From assembly GCA_963749655.1 (NCBI GenBank), contig CAVVOB010000038.1:32001-96000 (forward strand): a DNA stretch of 64,000 bases, read 5' to 3'. Under the pieces are notes generated by a model. It had not been told where the DNA came from, made no database searches, and was given only the letters and a program-made list of their open reading frames with translations. The DNA is from Nitrospirota bacterium. GTDB lineage: Bacteria > Nitrospirota > UBA9217. Positions 1 to 10,113 of the stretch are shown piece after piece. The position numbers and the translations under genes were made by a program. How positions within the stretch are numbered: the stretch's first letter is position 1; each line of letters starts with the position of its first letter.

Positions 1-252
1 GATCAGAAGGGATTTGCGGGCGGCCCGGCTTTGTTGTTTTGAGGGGAGTCCCCGTGCTGGTCGCGGCGCCGAGGCCGGGTTCGTGAGTGAAAAACCTCGC
101 AGAGTGCTGGTGAGAGAGCGGAGCGCGGAAATTTCTCCCGGGGAGAAAAACCGGCAAACGGGACCAGGGCCGGAGGAACGGCTCCATACCGGCTTTCGGC
201 CTCTTCCGGATGCCGGTTTGATTTTTGAATGGAAGTCTCAAGGAGGTGGGTC

Positions 253-702
253 ATGCCTGATCCGAGAAATACGGGAATATCGAGCATCACAGGAAAGCTC
301 GTGGCCATCCGGCACGCAACGGACCTCGACCGCGTCATCGTCGGGGAGTATCTCAAGCAGAACCATGACGATTCCGACCTCAACAGCTCGGAGCTTGTTG
401 TCGCCGTCGAGGACGACCGGATCATCGGGTTCGCGGTCCTGAAGCAGGCGGACGGGACCGGATGCCTGTCCGTGTTCGAGGACAGCAGAAGAAAGGGCAT
501 CGGAACGTCGATCGTAAGGCACCTTTCGGAATTCGCGCATACCGAGCGCATTTATGCAACGCGCTATGCGAGCTACTTCACCCATGCAGGCGTGGCGCAG
601 CTTCGCAAGGTCCGCGCATCGCGCCAGCGGGAGGCGGGGAAACCGTGCCGCCTGCCGTTGATGGAGAGGCTTTCCATTCCGGCTTATCAGAAGGCCTCAT
701 GA
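253..702 (+). CDS. GNAT-like acetyltransferase-fold protein
   Basis: AGGAGG RBS before ATG 253; motifs VVAVEDDRIIGF and RRKGIGTSIV (acetyl-CoA-binding R/QxxGxG-like). Confidence 0.6.
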   Translation: MPDPRNTGISSITGKLVAIRHATDLDRVIVGEYLKQNHDDSDLNSSELVVAVEDDRIIGFAVLKQADGTGCLSVFEDSRRKGIGTSIVRHLSEFAHTERIYATRYASYFTHAGVAQLRKVRASRQREAGKPCRLPLMERLSIPAYQKAS

Positions 703-712
703 GGATGCACCC

Positions 713-1642
713 ATGAAACGACGCTACGATGCCGTCATCATCGGCGCAGGACCGGGCGGTTTGCAGGCCGCCATTTATCTCGGACGCTATAACCGGGACG
801 TGCTGCTTCTGGACAGGAGCGGCGGGCGGACGTGGCATGCGAACCGGATCGAGAACGTCCTGGCGCACCGCACCATTGCGGGCAGCGAGATCATCGAACG
901 GGGCATGGAACAGGCGCGGCGGTTCCATGTTGCGGTCGAACGGCAGAGGGTGATTTCGGTCAGGAAGGGCGAACGTTTCATCGTAACAACGGCGGAGGGT
1001 TCCTACGACGCCCGTTACGTGATCGTCTCGTCGGGCATATACGATATCATGCCTCCCCTGGAAAATGTGTTCAAGTTTCTCGGGAAGGGATACTACACGT
1101 GCATCGACTGCGATGGATATGAGATGACGGGCAAGCAGGTGGTCGTGACGGGGGATGCGCTCGAGACCGTCAACATCGCCCTTGCAGTAAAGCAGATGTT
1201 TACAACGGACATCACCTACGTTCCCTGGGGGTTCAGCCTCCCGGACACGGCGGAGGAGGTCCTTGAAGAGGAAGGGATCAGCATCGTGACCGGCGAGCCG
1301 ATAACGATCATCGGCGAACAGGAAGTGGAGGGCCTTGAGTTAAGGAACGGCGAGCGGGTGCCCTGCCGGGCGATCATGGGCTCCTTCGGCGTCAGGCTGA
1401 ATGATGATTTCCTTGACGGGCTCGGCCTGAAGAAGGACGCTCTCGGGTTCAAGTATGTTGTAAACAGTGTGTACGAGTCGTCGGCGCGCGGCCTCTATAT
1501 CGTGGGCCCGCTCAACACAGGACAGGACCAGGTCGTGATCGCCGCGGGCGAGGGGGCTGTCGCGGCCATAGACATCAACAAGCGTCTGCTGGAGGAGAAG
1601 GACGTGCGGGCCGAAGAGTACGCAGGCGCCGGGCACGCATGA
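713..1642 (+). CDS. Thioredoxin-reductase-like NAD(P)/FAD-dependent oxidoreductase
   Basis: IIGAGPGG FAD motif; CIDCDG redox motif equivalent to TrxB CATCDG; C-terminal AAGEGAVAA. Confidence 0.85.
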   Translation: MKRRYDAVIIGAGPGGLQAAIYLGRYNRDVLLLDRSGGRTWHANRIENVLAHRTIAGSEIIERGMEQARRFHVAVERQRVISVRKGERFIVTTAEGSYDARYVIVSSGIYDIMPPLENVFKFLGKGYYTCIDCDGYEMTGKQVVVTGDALETVNIALAVKQMFTTDITYVPWGFSLPDTAEEVLEEEGISIVTGEPITIIGEQEVEGLELRNGERVPCRAIMGSFGVRLNDDFLDGLGLKKDALGFKYVVNSVYESSARGLYIVGPLNTGQDQVVIAAGEGAVAAIDINKRLLEEKDVRAEEYAGAGHA

Positions 1643-1655
1643 GTAGGACAGGATT

Positions 1656-2663
1656 TCACTCCCACTTGAAGATCAATGATCCGATCGCGAGAAATACCGC
1701 GCTCATTATGCTCAGAATCAGGAGCTGGGGCGCAATGTCGGCAAGTCCCGCCCCTTCGGTCATGACCGCGCGGGCGCTGTCCACGATGTGGGTAAGGGGA
1801 AAGAAGGGGGCGATCTTCCGGACCAGGGGATTGGTGCCTTCGAGGGAGAACCACACGCCCGACAGCAGCATCATCGGCCAGGTGATCAGATTCAGGATGC
1901 CGCCGGCAAGCTCCTCGCTGGCAAGCCGTGATGAAATGAGGAGCCCCAGTGATATGAGGCAAACCGCGCCGAGCAGCGAAACGAAAAACAGGTTTATGTA
2001 CGAACCCCGCATCTGGAAGTGGATGAAGACGTTGCACCCTGCGTACACGAAGACGGTGATGAACTGGATCAGGATGAGGCGCGACACCATCTGGGCCGAG
2101 AGAAATTCGAAAGGGTTCAGGGGCGTTGCCTTGAGCCTCTTGAGGAAGCCGTTCTTGCGGTACCGGACGATGACGTAGCCCACGCCGAAGAGGCAGCTGA
2201 ACATCATGTTCACGGCGAGGATGCCCGGCACGACCCAGTCCACATAGCGGATCTCACGGCCCCGCAGCACGATCCGCTCGTACTTCGCCCCTCCGCTCCC
2301 CCGCAGCATCCGCTCCAGCACATAACCGTTGGGAGAATTCTCGTTGATCCAGTAGCGCATGCCCGAACGGACGTCGATCAGCATGTCGAGCTGGAAGTGA
2401 TCGACTTTCGAGACGGCCCTGTCCCGGTCTTCGACGCTGATGAACTGCACGTACCGCGTGTCGAAGAACTCCCGCTCGGGGCCGCGAAGCATCGCCGTGT
2501 CGCCCATCACACCGACCTTGAACAGGGGCTTCGGTTCGCCGGAGAACAGGGCGGCAAAACCGAAGACCAGGAGGAGGGGGAACAGGATATTCCAGCCCAG
2601 GGCCGACGAGTCGCGGATGAACTCCATGTTCCGGGCGTGGAGGATGGCGAGAAATTTTTTCAT
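1656..2663 (-). CDS. ABC-2 type exporter permease
   Basis: Multiple TM segments; LKRLKATPL motif; MLLSGVWFS and FPLTH typical of ABC-2 permeases. Start set at MKKFLAIL (ATG 2663). Confidence 0.88.
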   Translation of the reverse strand: MKKFLAILHARNMEFIRDSSALGWNILFPLLLVFGFAALFSGEPKPLFKVGVMGDTAMLRGPEREFFDTRYVQFISVEDRDRAVSKVDHFQLDMLIDVRSGMRYWINENSPNGYVLERMLRGSGGAKYERIVLRGREIRYVDWVVPGILAVNMMFSCLFGVGYVIVRYRKNGFLKRLKATPLNPFEFLSAQMVSRLILIQFITVFVYAGCNVFIHFQMRGSYINLFFVSLLGAVCLISLGLLISSRLASEELAGGILNLITWPMMLLSGVWFSLEGTNPLVRKIAPFFPLTHIVDSARAVMTEGAGLADIAPQLLILSIMSAVFLAIGSLIFKWE

Positions 2664-2686
2664 GTGAGACCTGCAAGCCTTTCTTG

Positions 2687-2801
2687 GCCACGAATTGACA
2701 CGAATTTTCACGAATTAAAAACAAGACAAACAAGAACTCTTGACTCGTTAAAGAATTTCAGGTGTTTCTTAAATTCGTGTTAATTCGTGTCAATTCGTGG
2801 C
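2687..2801. repeat. Palindromic intergenic element, family A (GCCACGAATT...AATTCGTGGC), copy 1
   Basis: Three CACGAAT units, an AT-rich spacer, then three ATTCGTG units; long imperfect inverted repeat. Confidence 0.9.
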
Positions 2802-2851
2802 AAAATCCAAAGAGGTTCTGAAGTGATGTTTATGAGTCAAAGCCTTGGTTC

Positions 2852-2965
2852 AGCCACGAATTTCACGAATTTTCACGAATTAAAAACAAGACAAACAAGA
2901 AGCTCTTGAAGTTAAAGAATCTCAGGTGTTTCCCAAATTCGTGCAATTGGTGTCAATTCGCGGCT
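2852..2965. repeat. Palindromic intergenic element, family A, copy 2
   Basis: Near-identical to 2687-2801, including the spacer TAAAAACAAGACAAACAAG. Confidence 0.9.
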
Positions 2966-2973
2966 AAAACAAC

Positions 2974-3858
2974 TTAGCCTCTCAGATCTTTTCCCGTCAG
3001 CGCGATGAACAGGTCTTCGAGGCTCCAGGAGCGCATGTTCATCCGGTTGAGCGACACGCCCCGCTCCAGGAGCATCCTGATGGTGCCGTCGACGTCATGG
3101 GCCTGGATCTCGCACCAGCCCGGCTGCTTCGATACGCAAAGGCCCAGGCCGTCGAGCCTGCCCGCCACATCCTCTTCGGGGAACTGCAGGATGACGTTGC
3201 CGAAGTGCTCCTTGAGCAGGTGGGCCGGCGTGCCCCGGGAGATGATTTTGCCGCGGTCCATGATGGCGATCTCGTCGCAGAGCGCATAGGCTTCGTCCAT
3301 GTAGTGCGTGGTCAGGACCACGGTCTTGCCCTGCGAGCGAAGCAGGGCTATGAGGTCCCAGAAATTGCGCCGCGACTGCGGATCGAGACCGGTCGTGGGC
3401 TCGTCGAGGAAGAGTACCTCGGGGTCGTTGATCAGCGCCAGGGCCATCAGCAGCCGCTGCCGCTGGCCGCCTGACAGCTTGCGCGCGTCCCGGTCGAGAA
3501 ACTCGTCGAGGCTGCACAGCCGTATGACTTCCTGCAGGTTGAGGGTCCGTGGATAGAGGTTCTTGAAAAGCCTGAGCGTCTCGCGGACGGTCAGGAATTC
3601 CTGGAGCGAGGTGACCTGAAACTGGATGCCGGCCTCTTTGCGGAACCGGTCCCCCGCAGGAGCGCCCTTGTACAGGGTGCTCCCGGAATCGGGCTGCTGA
3701 ATGCCCTCCACGATTTCGATGAGCGTGGTCTTGCCCGCCCCATTCGGGCCGAGCAGGCCGAAGCAGATCCCCTGCTCGATGGAAAGGCTGATGCCGTCGA
3801 CGGCCCTGATGCCGGGATAGGTCTTTACGAGGTTGTGTATTTCGATGATCGGCGCCAT
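2974..3858 (-). CDS. ABC transporter ATP-binding protein
   Basis: Walker A GPNGAGKT, signature LSGGQ, Walker [13 protein letters not shown]-loop TTHYM. Confidence 0.95.
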   Translation of the reverse strand: MAPIIEIHNLVKTYPGIRAVDGISLSIEQGICFGLLGPNGAGKTTLIEIVEGIQQPDSGSTLYKGAPAGDRFRKEAGIQFQVTSLQEFLTVRETLRLFKNLYPRTLNLQEVIRLCSLDEFLDRDARKLSGGQRQRLLMALALINDPEVLFLDEPTTGLDPQSRRNFWDLIALLRSQGKTVVLTTHYMDEAYALCDEIAIMDRGKIISRGTPAHLLKEHFGNVILQFPEEDVAGRLDGLGLCVSKQPGWCEIQAHDVDGTIRMLLERGVSLNRMNMRSWSLEDLFIALTGKDLRG

Positions 3859-3990
3859 AACTCTTCCGCATGATTCGCAGCTGTTCTTTCGAAAACAGTA
3901 GCACGCGGTCCGGGCGCTGTCAAGGCTGCGCAGGCGCAGCGTAACTGAAAGTGATATAATTTTGATTATTCCCTATAAAAGCGGAATTTT

Positions 3991-4067
3991 TACCGCAGAG
4001 CCACAGAGGCGCGGAGGAGAACCCCGGTTCTTACAGGTTTTCTCTGTGTCTTCGCGTCTCAGCGGTA
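3991..4067. repeat. Palindromic intergenic element, family B (ACCGCAGAG...CTCAGCGGT)
   Basis: Imperfect inverted repeat of 9-mer units; relatives at 28690-28757 and 29044-29134. Confidence 0.7.
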
Positions 4068-4148
4068 GATCAGAATTTTCTGACTGTATTATTTTTAACA
4101 GGTGTGAAAAGACTGCGTGAAAAGAGTCATCACGAAAGGGAGGCCCTC

Positions 4149-4946
4149 ATGACCGAAAAAATGCCCGTTCTCTTCATCGGACACGGCTCCCCCATGAACA
4201 TCATCCTGGACAACAGCTATACGAGGAGCCTTGCTGCGCTGGGGAAGAACCTGCCCAGGCCCCGGGCGATCATGGTCGTCTCAGCGCACTGGCTCACGAA
4301 GGGGACCTCCGTGACGTGCATGGATAAGCCGGGCACCATTCATGACTTTTACGGATTTCCCGAAGAGCTGTACGCGCTCCGCTATCCCAGCCCCGGCGCT
4401 CCCGACGAGGCGCAGCTGGTGACGGAGCTCGTGAAGAACGTCAAGGTGGGGTGCAGCAGGGAGTGGGGACTCGATCACGCGTCATGGGCCGTCCTGAAGC
4501 ACCTCTATCCCCGGGCGGACGTCCCCGTGTTCGAAATGAGCCTGGCGTATACGTACAACGAATGGCATCCCAAACCGTTGAACTACCATTACGACCTGGC
4601 CCGGGAGCTTGGGGAGCTGCGCAACCGCGGCGTTCTCATCATCGGGAGCGGCAATATCGTCCATAACCTGGGTATGCTCGATTTCGAGAACATCGATGCG
4701 CCGGTTTTCGACTGGGCCGGAGAGTTCGACGAGAAAGTGAAGTCCAGCCTCCTTAACAGGAACCACGACGATCTGATACATTATCAGGACCTGGGCCGTT
4801 CGGCGCTTCTGGCAGTTCCCACCCTCGACCATTATCTGCCCATGATCTATGCCCTTGCCCTGCAGGAAAAGAACGAGCCCCTCGCCTTCACCCACGAAGG
4901 GTTCCAGTACGGCTCCATCTCGATGCGCTGCTTCAGGATCGGATGA
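4149..4946 (+). CDS. ygiD: 4,5-DOPA extradiol dioxygenase (LigB/YgiD family)
   Basis: Motifs FIGHGSPMN, SAHW, HDFYGFP, GLDH, GSGNIVHNL, PTLDHYLP; RBS GGGAGG. Confidence 0.88.
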   Translation: MTEKMPVLFIGHGSPMNIILDNSYTRSLAALGKNLPRPRAIMVVSAHWLTKGTSVTCMDKPGTIHDFYGFPEELYALRYPSPGAPDEAQLVTELVKNVKVGCSREWGLDHASWAVLKHLYPRADVPVFEMSLAYTYNEWHPKPLNYHYDLARELGELRNRGVLIIGSGNIVHNLGMLDFENIDAPVFDWAGEFDEKVKSSLLNRNHDDLIHYQDLGRSALLAVPTLDHYLPMIYALALQEKNEPLAFTHEGFQYGSISMRCFRIG

Positions 4947-4965
4947 AAAGGCAAAAAAAATTTTT

Positions 4966-5070
4966 GCCACGAATTTACGAATTTCACGAATTAAAAACAA
5001 AAAGCTTCTAACGATTCGAAGAATCTTTGGTTTTTTTAAAAATTCGTGTAAATTCGTGTCAATTCGTGGC
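4966..5070. repeat. Palindromic intergenic element, family A, copy 3 (partial further half-copy at ~5120-5151)
   Basis: GCCACGAATTTACGAATTTCACGAATT...AATTCGTGTAAATTCGTGTCAATTCGTGGC, between convergent genes. Confidence 0.88.
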
Positions 5071-5163
5071 TAAAGCTGTAATTCTTTTTAATCGTTAAAG
5101 CTTTTTGCTTGTTCTAACTTTAATTCATGACCAGTCGTGAAATTCGTGGCTGAACTAAATCCT

Positions 5164-6319
5164 TTAAAAGTGTCCCACATCCCGACGCTTGCCGTGCGCC
5201 ACCGGCCGCCGGAAGCCCGTGCTTGTTCCCCAGGCGCTGGTCTGCCAGTTGTCGTTCCGGTCCATATCGGGGATCCAGGGCGGAAGAGGCAGCCGCAGCC
5301 TGACGGACAGTGCGTGCACATAAGGTTCGTACATGCGACGCAGCTCCGTCAGCCGCCCTGCAGCGTCGGCTTGGGGTTGCAGCTGCACTTCTTCGGAGTT
5401 CAGAAAAGCGCGCAGCGTGGCAAGGTCCTCAGACGGCAGGCGGTCGGTATCCGGCTCCCGCGGAGGCCTGCGAAGGACGAGCGCAAGATCGACGATGGCA
5501 TGTCTTGCCATTGCAAAAGTAAGCTGGGCCTGGCGAACGGCTTCTCCCTCCAAGTGAGTGATCACGAAGGCACTGGTATCGAGGATGGCCGTGAGCGCGG
5601 CAAGCCAGGACTGGTTATCGTGCTGAGACCGGAAATAGACGAGCACCGGGTAGGACAGGTGGCTTTCGAGCAGCTCCGCAGACCACCGCTCCCATTCATG
5701 CAGGAGCGCGACAAGGGAATTTGCTTTTTCACGGCCGTGGTCGCGGATGTGCCGGCGCAGGATCTCGAGCGCAGAGGGAGGGGAGCCCGCGCGTGCGTCA
5801 AGGAGTGATATATTGACCTCCCTCCGGGAGAAGGACTGGTTCAGGGCCGGGAGGTAACTGATCACGATCGCAAGGAATCCGAATCCCATCCCTGCTTCGA
5901 GCACCATGAGCATCCTTACGCGCATGGGTGCGGGGTACGATGTCGCCCAGTCCGAGGGTGAAGAACGTGGTCCCGCTGAAATAGAGACACGCGCCGAAGG
6001 TCACGGTCCCTTCGGGGGTCCTGATGGCGTTGCCCGGCGCCCAGTACAGGAGCGCATACCCGAAAATGAGCACCGCGGCCCAGATGCTCAGCAGGGCAGG
6101 CAGGGAAAGGGGGCCGAAATAGCTCAGAAAGTTTTCCTGGACTTTCGGGCTCGAAAAGAGCCGGGAAGCTTTCGACCATATCGGCCAGGTAGAGCGATAG
6201 AAGAGGCGAGCGAGCCGGAGTTTTCTCGTCACCCGCCGCGGCAGCACAACGGTCTCGAAGGCGTCCACGAGGACCGTGATGATGAGGCCTATTCCCACAA
6301 GGAATGCGATGATCGACAT
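5164..6319 (-). CDS. Potassium-channel family protein (frameshift near 5930)
   Basis: ORFs 5798-6334 and 5164-5925 join into one protein; pore helix/filter YFSGTTFFTLGLGD; C-terminal ESHLSYPVLVYFRS motif. Confidence 0.8.
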
Positions 6320-6571
6320 AGTGCTCTCCCGCACCTTTTGATATTGTCATTATATCACTGCGGTTTTCGGCAGGCGTTCCGCCGGAATCGAGCACCGCAG
6401 GTTCCCGCAGAGGTGCTACTTTCTACCGAACCGCTCTCTCCGGTCGATTCCGTGCGCAGGGGGAAGAAGCTCAGGTCCGGAAGGGACGGTTTTTCGTTGT
6501 ACTGCAGCCTTTGGTCGGGTACAATGGATTCTGTTCTCATATCTATGACCGCCATCACGCAGAGGTGCACT

Positions 6572-7159
6572 GTGCAATCAGTCGGAAAAACGCTCGAAAA
6601 AGCACTCGCTCATTACGAAAAAAAGGAATATGCACCGGCTGAGAAGGCGGTAGACGAGCTTCTCAAGGCCCAGCCGGGCTTTCACCGGGGAGAATTTCTC
6701 AAGGCCGTGATCCTCGAGGAGACGGGGAGGGCATCGGAAGCGGAGAAACATTATGAGCTGGCCGGCAATCGCTTCACGCTCTGGTCCCGCCTGGCCCTGC
6801 AGCTTCATGATATCGATCCTGACCGGGCGATCGTCTATTACAAGCGGGTGACCGCGATGGACCCGCAGAACAATTTACTCTGGTTCAAGCTGGGGAGCTT
6901 GTATGAAACCCTGGGCCGGATTGATGAGGCCCGTACCTGCTTCAGGAACCTTGCGCCGGGAAAGGAAGTCCTTGCCCGGATACTCATTCCCCTGGGATTC
7001 ATGATCTTTTTGATCAGCGGGGCGGTCGCGATGCTCCAGCGGAAGGAAACGGGTCTTGTCGCGGTCGTCATTGCTTCGGCAATCTTCTGTCTGTTCTGGC
7101 TCAAGCGGGACGGAGGGCGCGCGCTGCAGATGCTCGGAAAGAAACGCAAGTATGCATGA
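6572..7159 (+). CDS. TPR-repeat membrane protein
   Basis: GTG start after GAGGT; TPR-like helices (AIVYYKRV...WFKLGSLYETLGRIDEA); two C-terminal TM segments. Confidence 0.7.
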   Translation: MQSVGKTLEKALAHYEKKEYAPAEKAVDELLKAQPGFHRGEFLKAVILEETGRASEAEKHYELAGNRFTLWSRLALQLHDIDPDRAIVYYKRVTAMDPQNNLLWFKLGSLYETLGRIDEARTCFRNLAPGKEVLARILIPLGFMIFLISGAVAMLQRKETGLVAVVIASAIFCLFWLKRDGGRALQMLGKKRKYA

Positions 7160-7449
7160 GGCGGAAGCCGTCCCTTTCTCCTCCTGCTGAGGGCCGTCCG
7201 CCGGCGTGCAGGATCCTGCGCCGGCCCGGCGCAGCGGGATTCCCTTCGCCAAGCTGCGGGTATCCGTCGACCCCGACGCGTTACAAGTCTCTTCCTGTTA
7301 TTGTTCTTCTCTCACGAACTACCGGTGTCCCTCATCCCTTTCCGGGCAGATTCCGAAGCAGGCGTTTTTCCGCAAAGTCATTTCAGAGGACTTTTTGTCG
7401 CAGCCATATGCTATAATATTTTATCGCGTATTCGGGAGGATAGATCGAG

Positions 7450-9378
7450 ATGGGAAAAACCAAGAGTGGAAAAGCCCCTGTTGTGCACGGCATCAGCCGC
7501 CTCACGGACCACGATATCTATCTCTTCAAGCAGGGGAACCACTTCGGCCTCTACGAAAAGCTGGGCTCCCATCTCATGACCGTCGAAGGCGAGGAGGGCG
7601 TCCTCTTCGCGGTCTGGGCCCCGAACGCGTCAACGGTATCGGTGATCGGCGACTTCAACGGGTGGAACAACGACACCCATCGCCTGAGCGTCCGCAAAGA
7701 CGGATCGGGAATCTGGGAAGGGTTCGTTCCGGGGATAGGCAACGGCGCGCTGTACAAATACCATATCGTTTCACGGCACGGACATTACAAGGCCGACAAG
7801 GGCGATCCCTTCGCTTTCTCCTGGGAAACGCCGCCGCGGACCTCGTCCCTGGTCTGGGACCTGGCCTACGACTGGAACGACGCGGCGTGGATGAAGGACC
7901 GGCACGGACGGAACTCGCTGCAGTCGCCGATCTCGGTATACGAGCTCCATTGCGGGTCCTGGCGCAGGGTCCCCGAGCAGAACAACCGATCGATCACCTA
8001 CCGCGAAATGGCCGCCTACCTTCCCGAGTACCTCAAGGACCTGGGCTTCACCCACGTGGAATTCATGCCCGTGATGGAGCACCCCTTCTACGGGTCCTGG
8101 GGCTACCAGATCACCGGATTTTTCGCGCCCACCAGCCGCTACGGCACGCCCCAGGACTTCATGGAGCTCGTCGAGCGCCTGCACCAGGAGGGGATCGGCG
8201 TGATCCTCGACTGGGTGCCGTCCCATTTTCCGAGCGACGCCCACGGGCTCGTCTATTACGACGGCACGCACCTCTACGAGCACGAAGACCCGAAGAAGGG
8301 CTTTCATCCCGAGTGGACGAGCTACATCTTCAACTATGGCCGCTACGAGGTGCGGAACTTCCTGATCTCGAGCGCCCTGTTCTGGCTCGACAAGTACCAC
8401 GCCGACGGGCTCAGAATCGACGGCGTGGCATCGATGCTTTACCTCGACTACGCGCGCAAAGAAGGCGAGTGGATCCCGAACCAGTACGGCGGACGGGAGA
8501 ACATCGATGCCATCGACTTTCTCCGGAGCTTGAACCAGGAAGTATACCGGGCCTTCCCCGACGTGCAGACCATTGCCGAGGAATCCACGGCCTGGCCCAT
8601 GGTTTCGCGCCCGACGCACGTGGGCGGCCTCGGTTTCGGATTGAAGTGGAACATGGGCTGGATGCACGACACCCTCGATTACTTCGCGCAGGACCCCGTC
8701 TTCCGCAAATACCACCACAACAACATCACCTTCAGCATCTGGTACGCTTTTTACGAAAACTTCATGCTGCCCCTGTCCCATGACGAGGTGGTCCACGGCA
8801 AGGGGGCGCTGGCAGGCAAGATGCCGGGCAGCGGCCTGCAGAAGATGGCGAACCTGCGGCTGCTCTTCGGTTATCTCTTCACCCATCCGGGCAAGAAGCT
8901 CTTGTTCATGGGCGGCGAGCTCGGCCAGTGGGCGGAGTGGAACCACGAGTCGAGCATCGAGTGGCACCTTCTGCAGTTCAAGGGCCATTACGGCGTGTGG
9001 GCGTGGGTGCGCGATCTCAACCGGCTCTACCGGAGCGAACCGGCCCTCCATGAGCTCGATTTCGTGAACGAGGGGTTCGAGTGGGTGGACTTCAGCGACT
9101 GGGAATCGAGCGTGATCAGCTACCTGAGGAAGTCCCGCTCCGGCGGCGCGGTGCTGGTCGTCTTCAACTTCACGCCGGTGCTGCGCCACAACTACCGCAT
9201 CGGCGTGCCCGAAGGCGGGTTCTGGCGCGAGATGCTGAACAGCGACGCCCAGGAATACGGCGGCGAGGGCTTCGGAAATCTCGGGGGCATCGAGGCGGCC
9301 GCGGAACCATGCCACAACCGCAGCCATTCGCTGCTCGCGACGCTTCCGCCGCTCGGGATGGTTGTGTTCAGGAAGTGA
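7450..9378 (+). CDS. glgB: 1,4-alpha-glucan branching enzyme
   Basis: FAVWAPNA, SWGYQ, ILDWVPSHF, DGLRIDGVASM, AEEST, LSHDEVVHGK. Confidence 0.97.
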   Translation: MGKTKSGKAPVVHGISRLTDHDIYLFKQGNHFGLYEKLGSHLMTVEGEEGVLFAVWAPNASTVSVIGDFNGWNNDTHRLSVRKDGSGIWEGFVPGIGNGALYKYHIVSRHGHYKADKGDPFAFSWETPPRTSSLVWDLAYDWNDAAWMKDRHGRNSLQSPISVYELHCGSWRRVPEQNNRSITYREMAAYLPEYLKDLGFTHVEFMPVMEHPFYGSWGYQITGFFAPTSRYGTPQDFMELVERLHQEGIGVILDWVPSHFPSDAHGLVYYDGTHLYEHEDPKKGFHPEWTSYIFNYGRYEVRNFLISSALFWLDKYHADGLRIDGVASMLYLDYARKEGEWIPNQYGGRENIDAIDFLRSLNQEVYRAFPDVQTIAEESTAWPMVSRPTHVGGLGFGLKWNMGWMHDTLDYFAQDPVFRKYHHNNITFSIWYAFYENFMLPLSHDEVVHGKGALAGKMPGSGLQKMANLRLLFGYLFTHPGKKLLFMGGELGQWAEWNHESSIEWHLLQFKGHYGVWAWVRDLNRLYRSEPALHELDFVNEGFEWVDFSDWESSVISYLRKSRSGGAVLVVFNFTPVLRHNYRIGVPEGGFWREMLNSDAQEYGGEGFGNLGGIEAAAEPCHNRSHSLLATLPPLGMVVFRK

Positions 9379-9409
9379 CGGCCGCAGGGCGCGAGGAAAC
9401 TCGTCGACC

Positions 9410-10003
9410 ATGGACACTAATGAATTTGCACATGCAGGGTTCCTGCGGGAAGTGTTCGATGCGATTCCCGCCATGCTGCTGATCGTCGACGACGACGTCC
9501 GGATCCTGCATCTGAACGCCACGGCCTCGTCGGGGCTCGGCCTCGACCTCAGGAATGTCCGTAACAAACGGGGAGGAGAGGCGCTTCACTGCGTGCATTC
9601 CACGGAGGACCCGAAAGGCTGCGGACACGCACAAGCCTGCAGAGACTGCGTTATACGAAATTCCGTCGCGAACGCGATCAGGGGAGGAAAAACCTACCGG
9701 AAAGCCACCAGGATGGAGTTCGTGACGGGAGAGACGAAAATGGAGTTGCACCTCCTCGTTACCGCATCGCCGTTCAAACACGGGGAAAAGGCCTATGTCC
9801 TGCTGACCCTGGAGAACGTGAGCGATCTGGTGCAGCTCCATAGCCTGCTGCCGATCTGCATGCACTGCAAGAGGATCCGCAACAGCGAAGGGTACTGGAA
9901 TGACGTCGCTGTCTATCTCAACCAACACCTGGACGTCGACTTTTCCCACGGCCTTTGCGAAGAGTGCCGCGTTAAGTTCTATCCCGACCTGGAAAAGCGG
10001 TAG
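9410..10003 (+). CDS. PAS-domain protein with C-terminal Cys/His-cluster tail
   Basis: PAS with Cys-rich insert (HCVHS...CGHAQACRDC); tail LLPICMHCKRIR...FSHGLCEEC; no catalytic output domain. Confidence 0.75.
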   Translation: MDTNEFAHAGFLREVFDAIPAMLLIVDDDVRILHLNATASSGLGLDLRNVRNKRGGEALHCVHSTEDPKGCGHAQACRDCVIRNSVANAIRGGKTYRKATRMEFVTGETKMELHLLVTASPFKHGEKAYVLLTLENVSDLVQLHSLLPICMHCKRIRNSEGYWNDVAVYLNQHLDVDFSHGLCEECRVKFYPDLEKR

Positions 10004-10113
10004 CATTCCGCTGTGATATCCAGCTCCCGAAAAGAGGACGTGCCCGGCTTTTCCGAACGATCCCGATTGCAGCGCTCCCGTCAGGCGTTTCCGCCCCTCT
10101 CAGCGTTTCAACC

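Noticed and set aside
2687-2965. Possible CRISPR array
   Set aside because: The units form inverted arms around similar spacers rather than direct repeats with unique spacers; no cas genes are present.
5906-6571. N-terminal 220 aa of the 417-aa ORF 5906-7159
   Set aside because: It overlaps the K+ channel gene on the opposite strand; the real TPR gene most likely starts at GTG 6572.
7206-9567. Long alternative-frame and antisense ORFs over glgB (525 aa, 598 aa) and similar ones over other genes
   Set aside because: Shadow ORFs expected from high-GC codon bias; no motifs.
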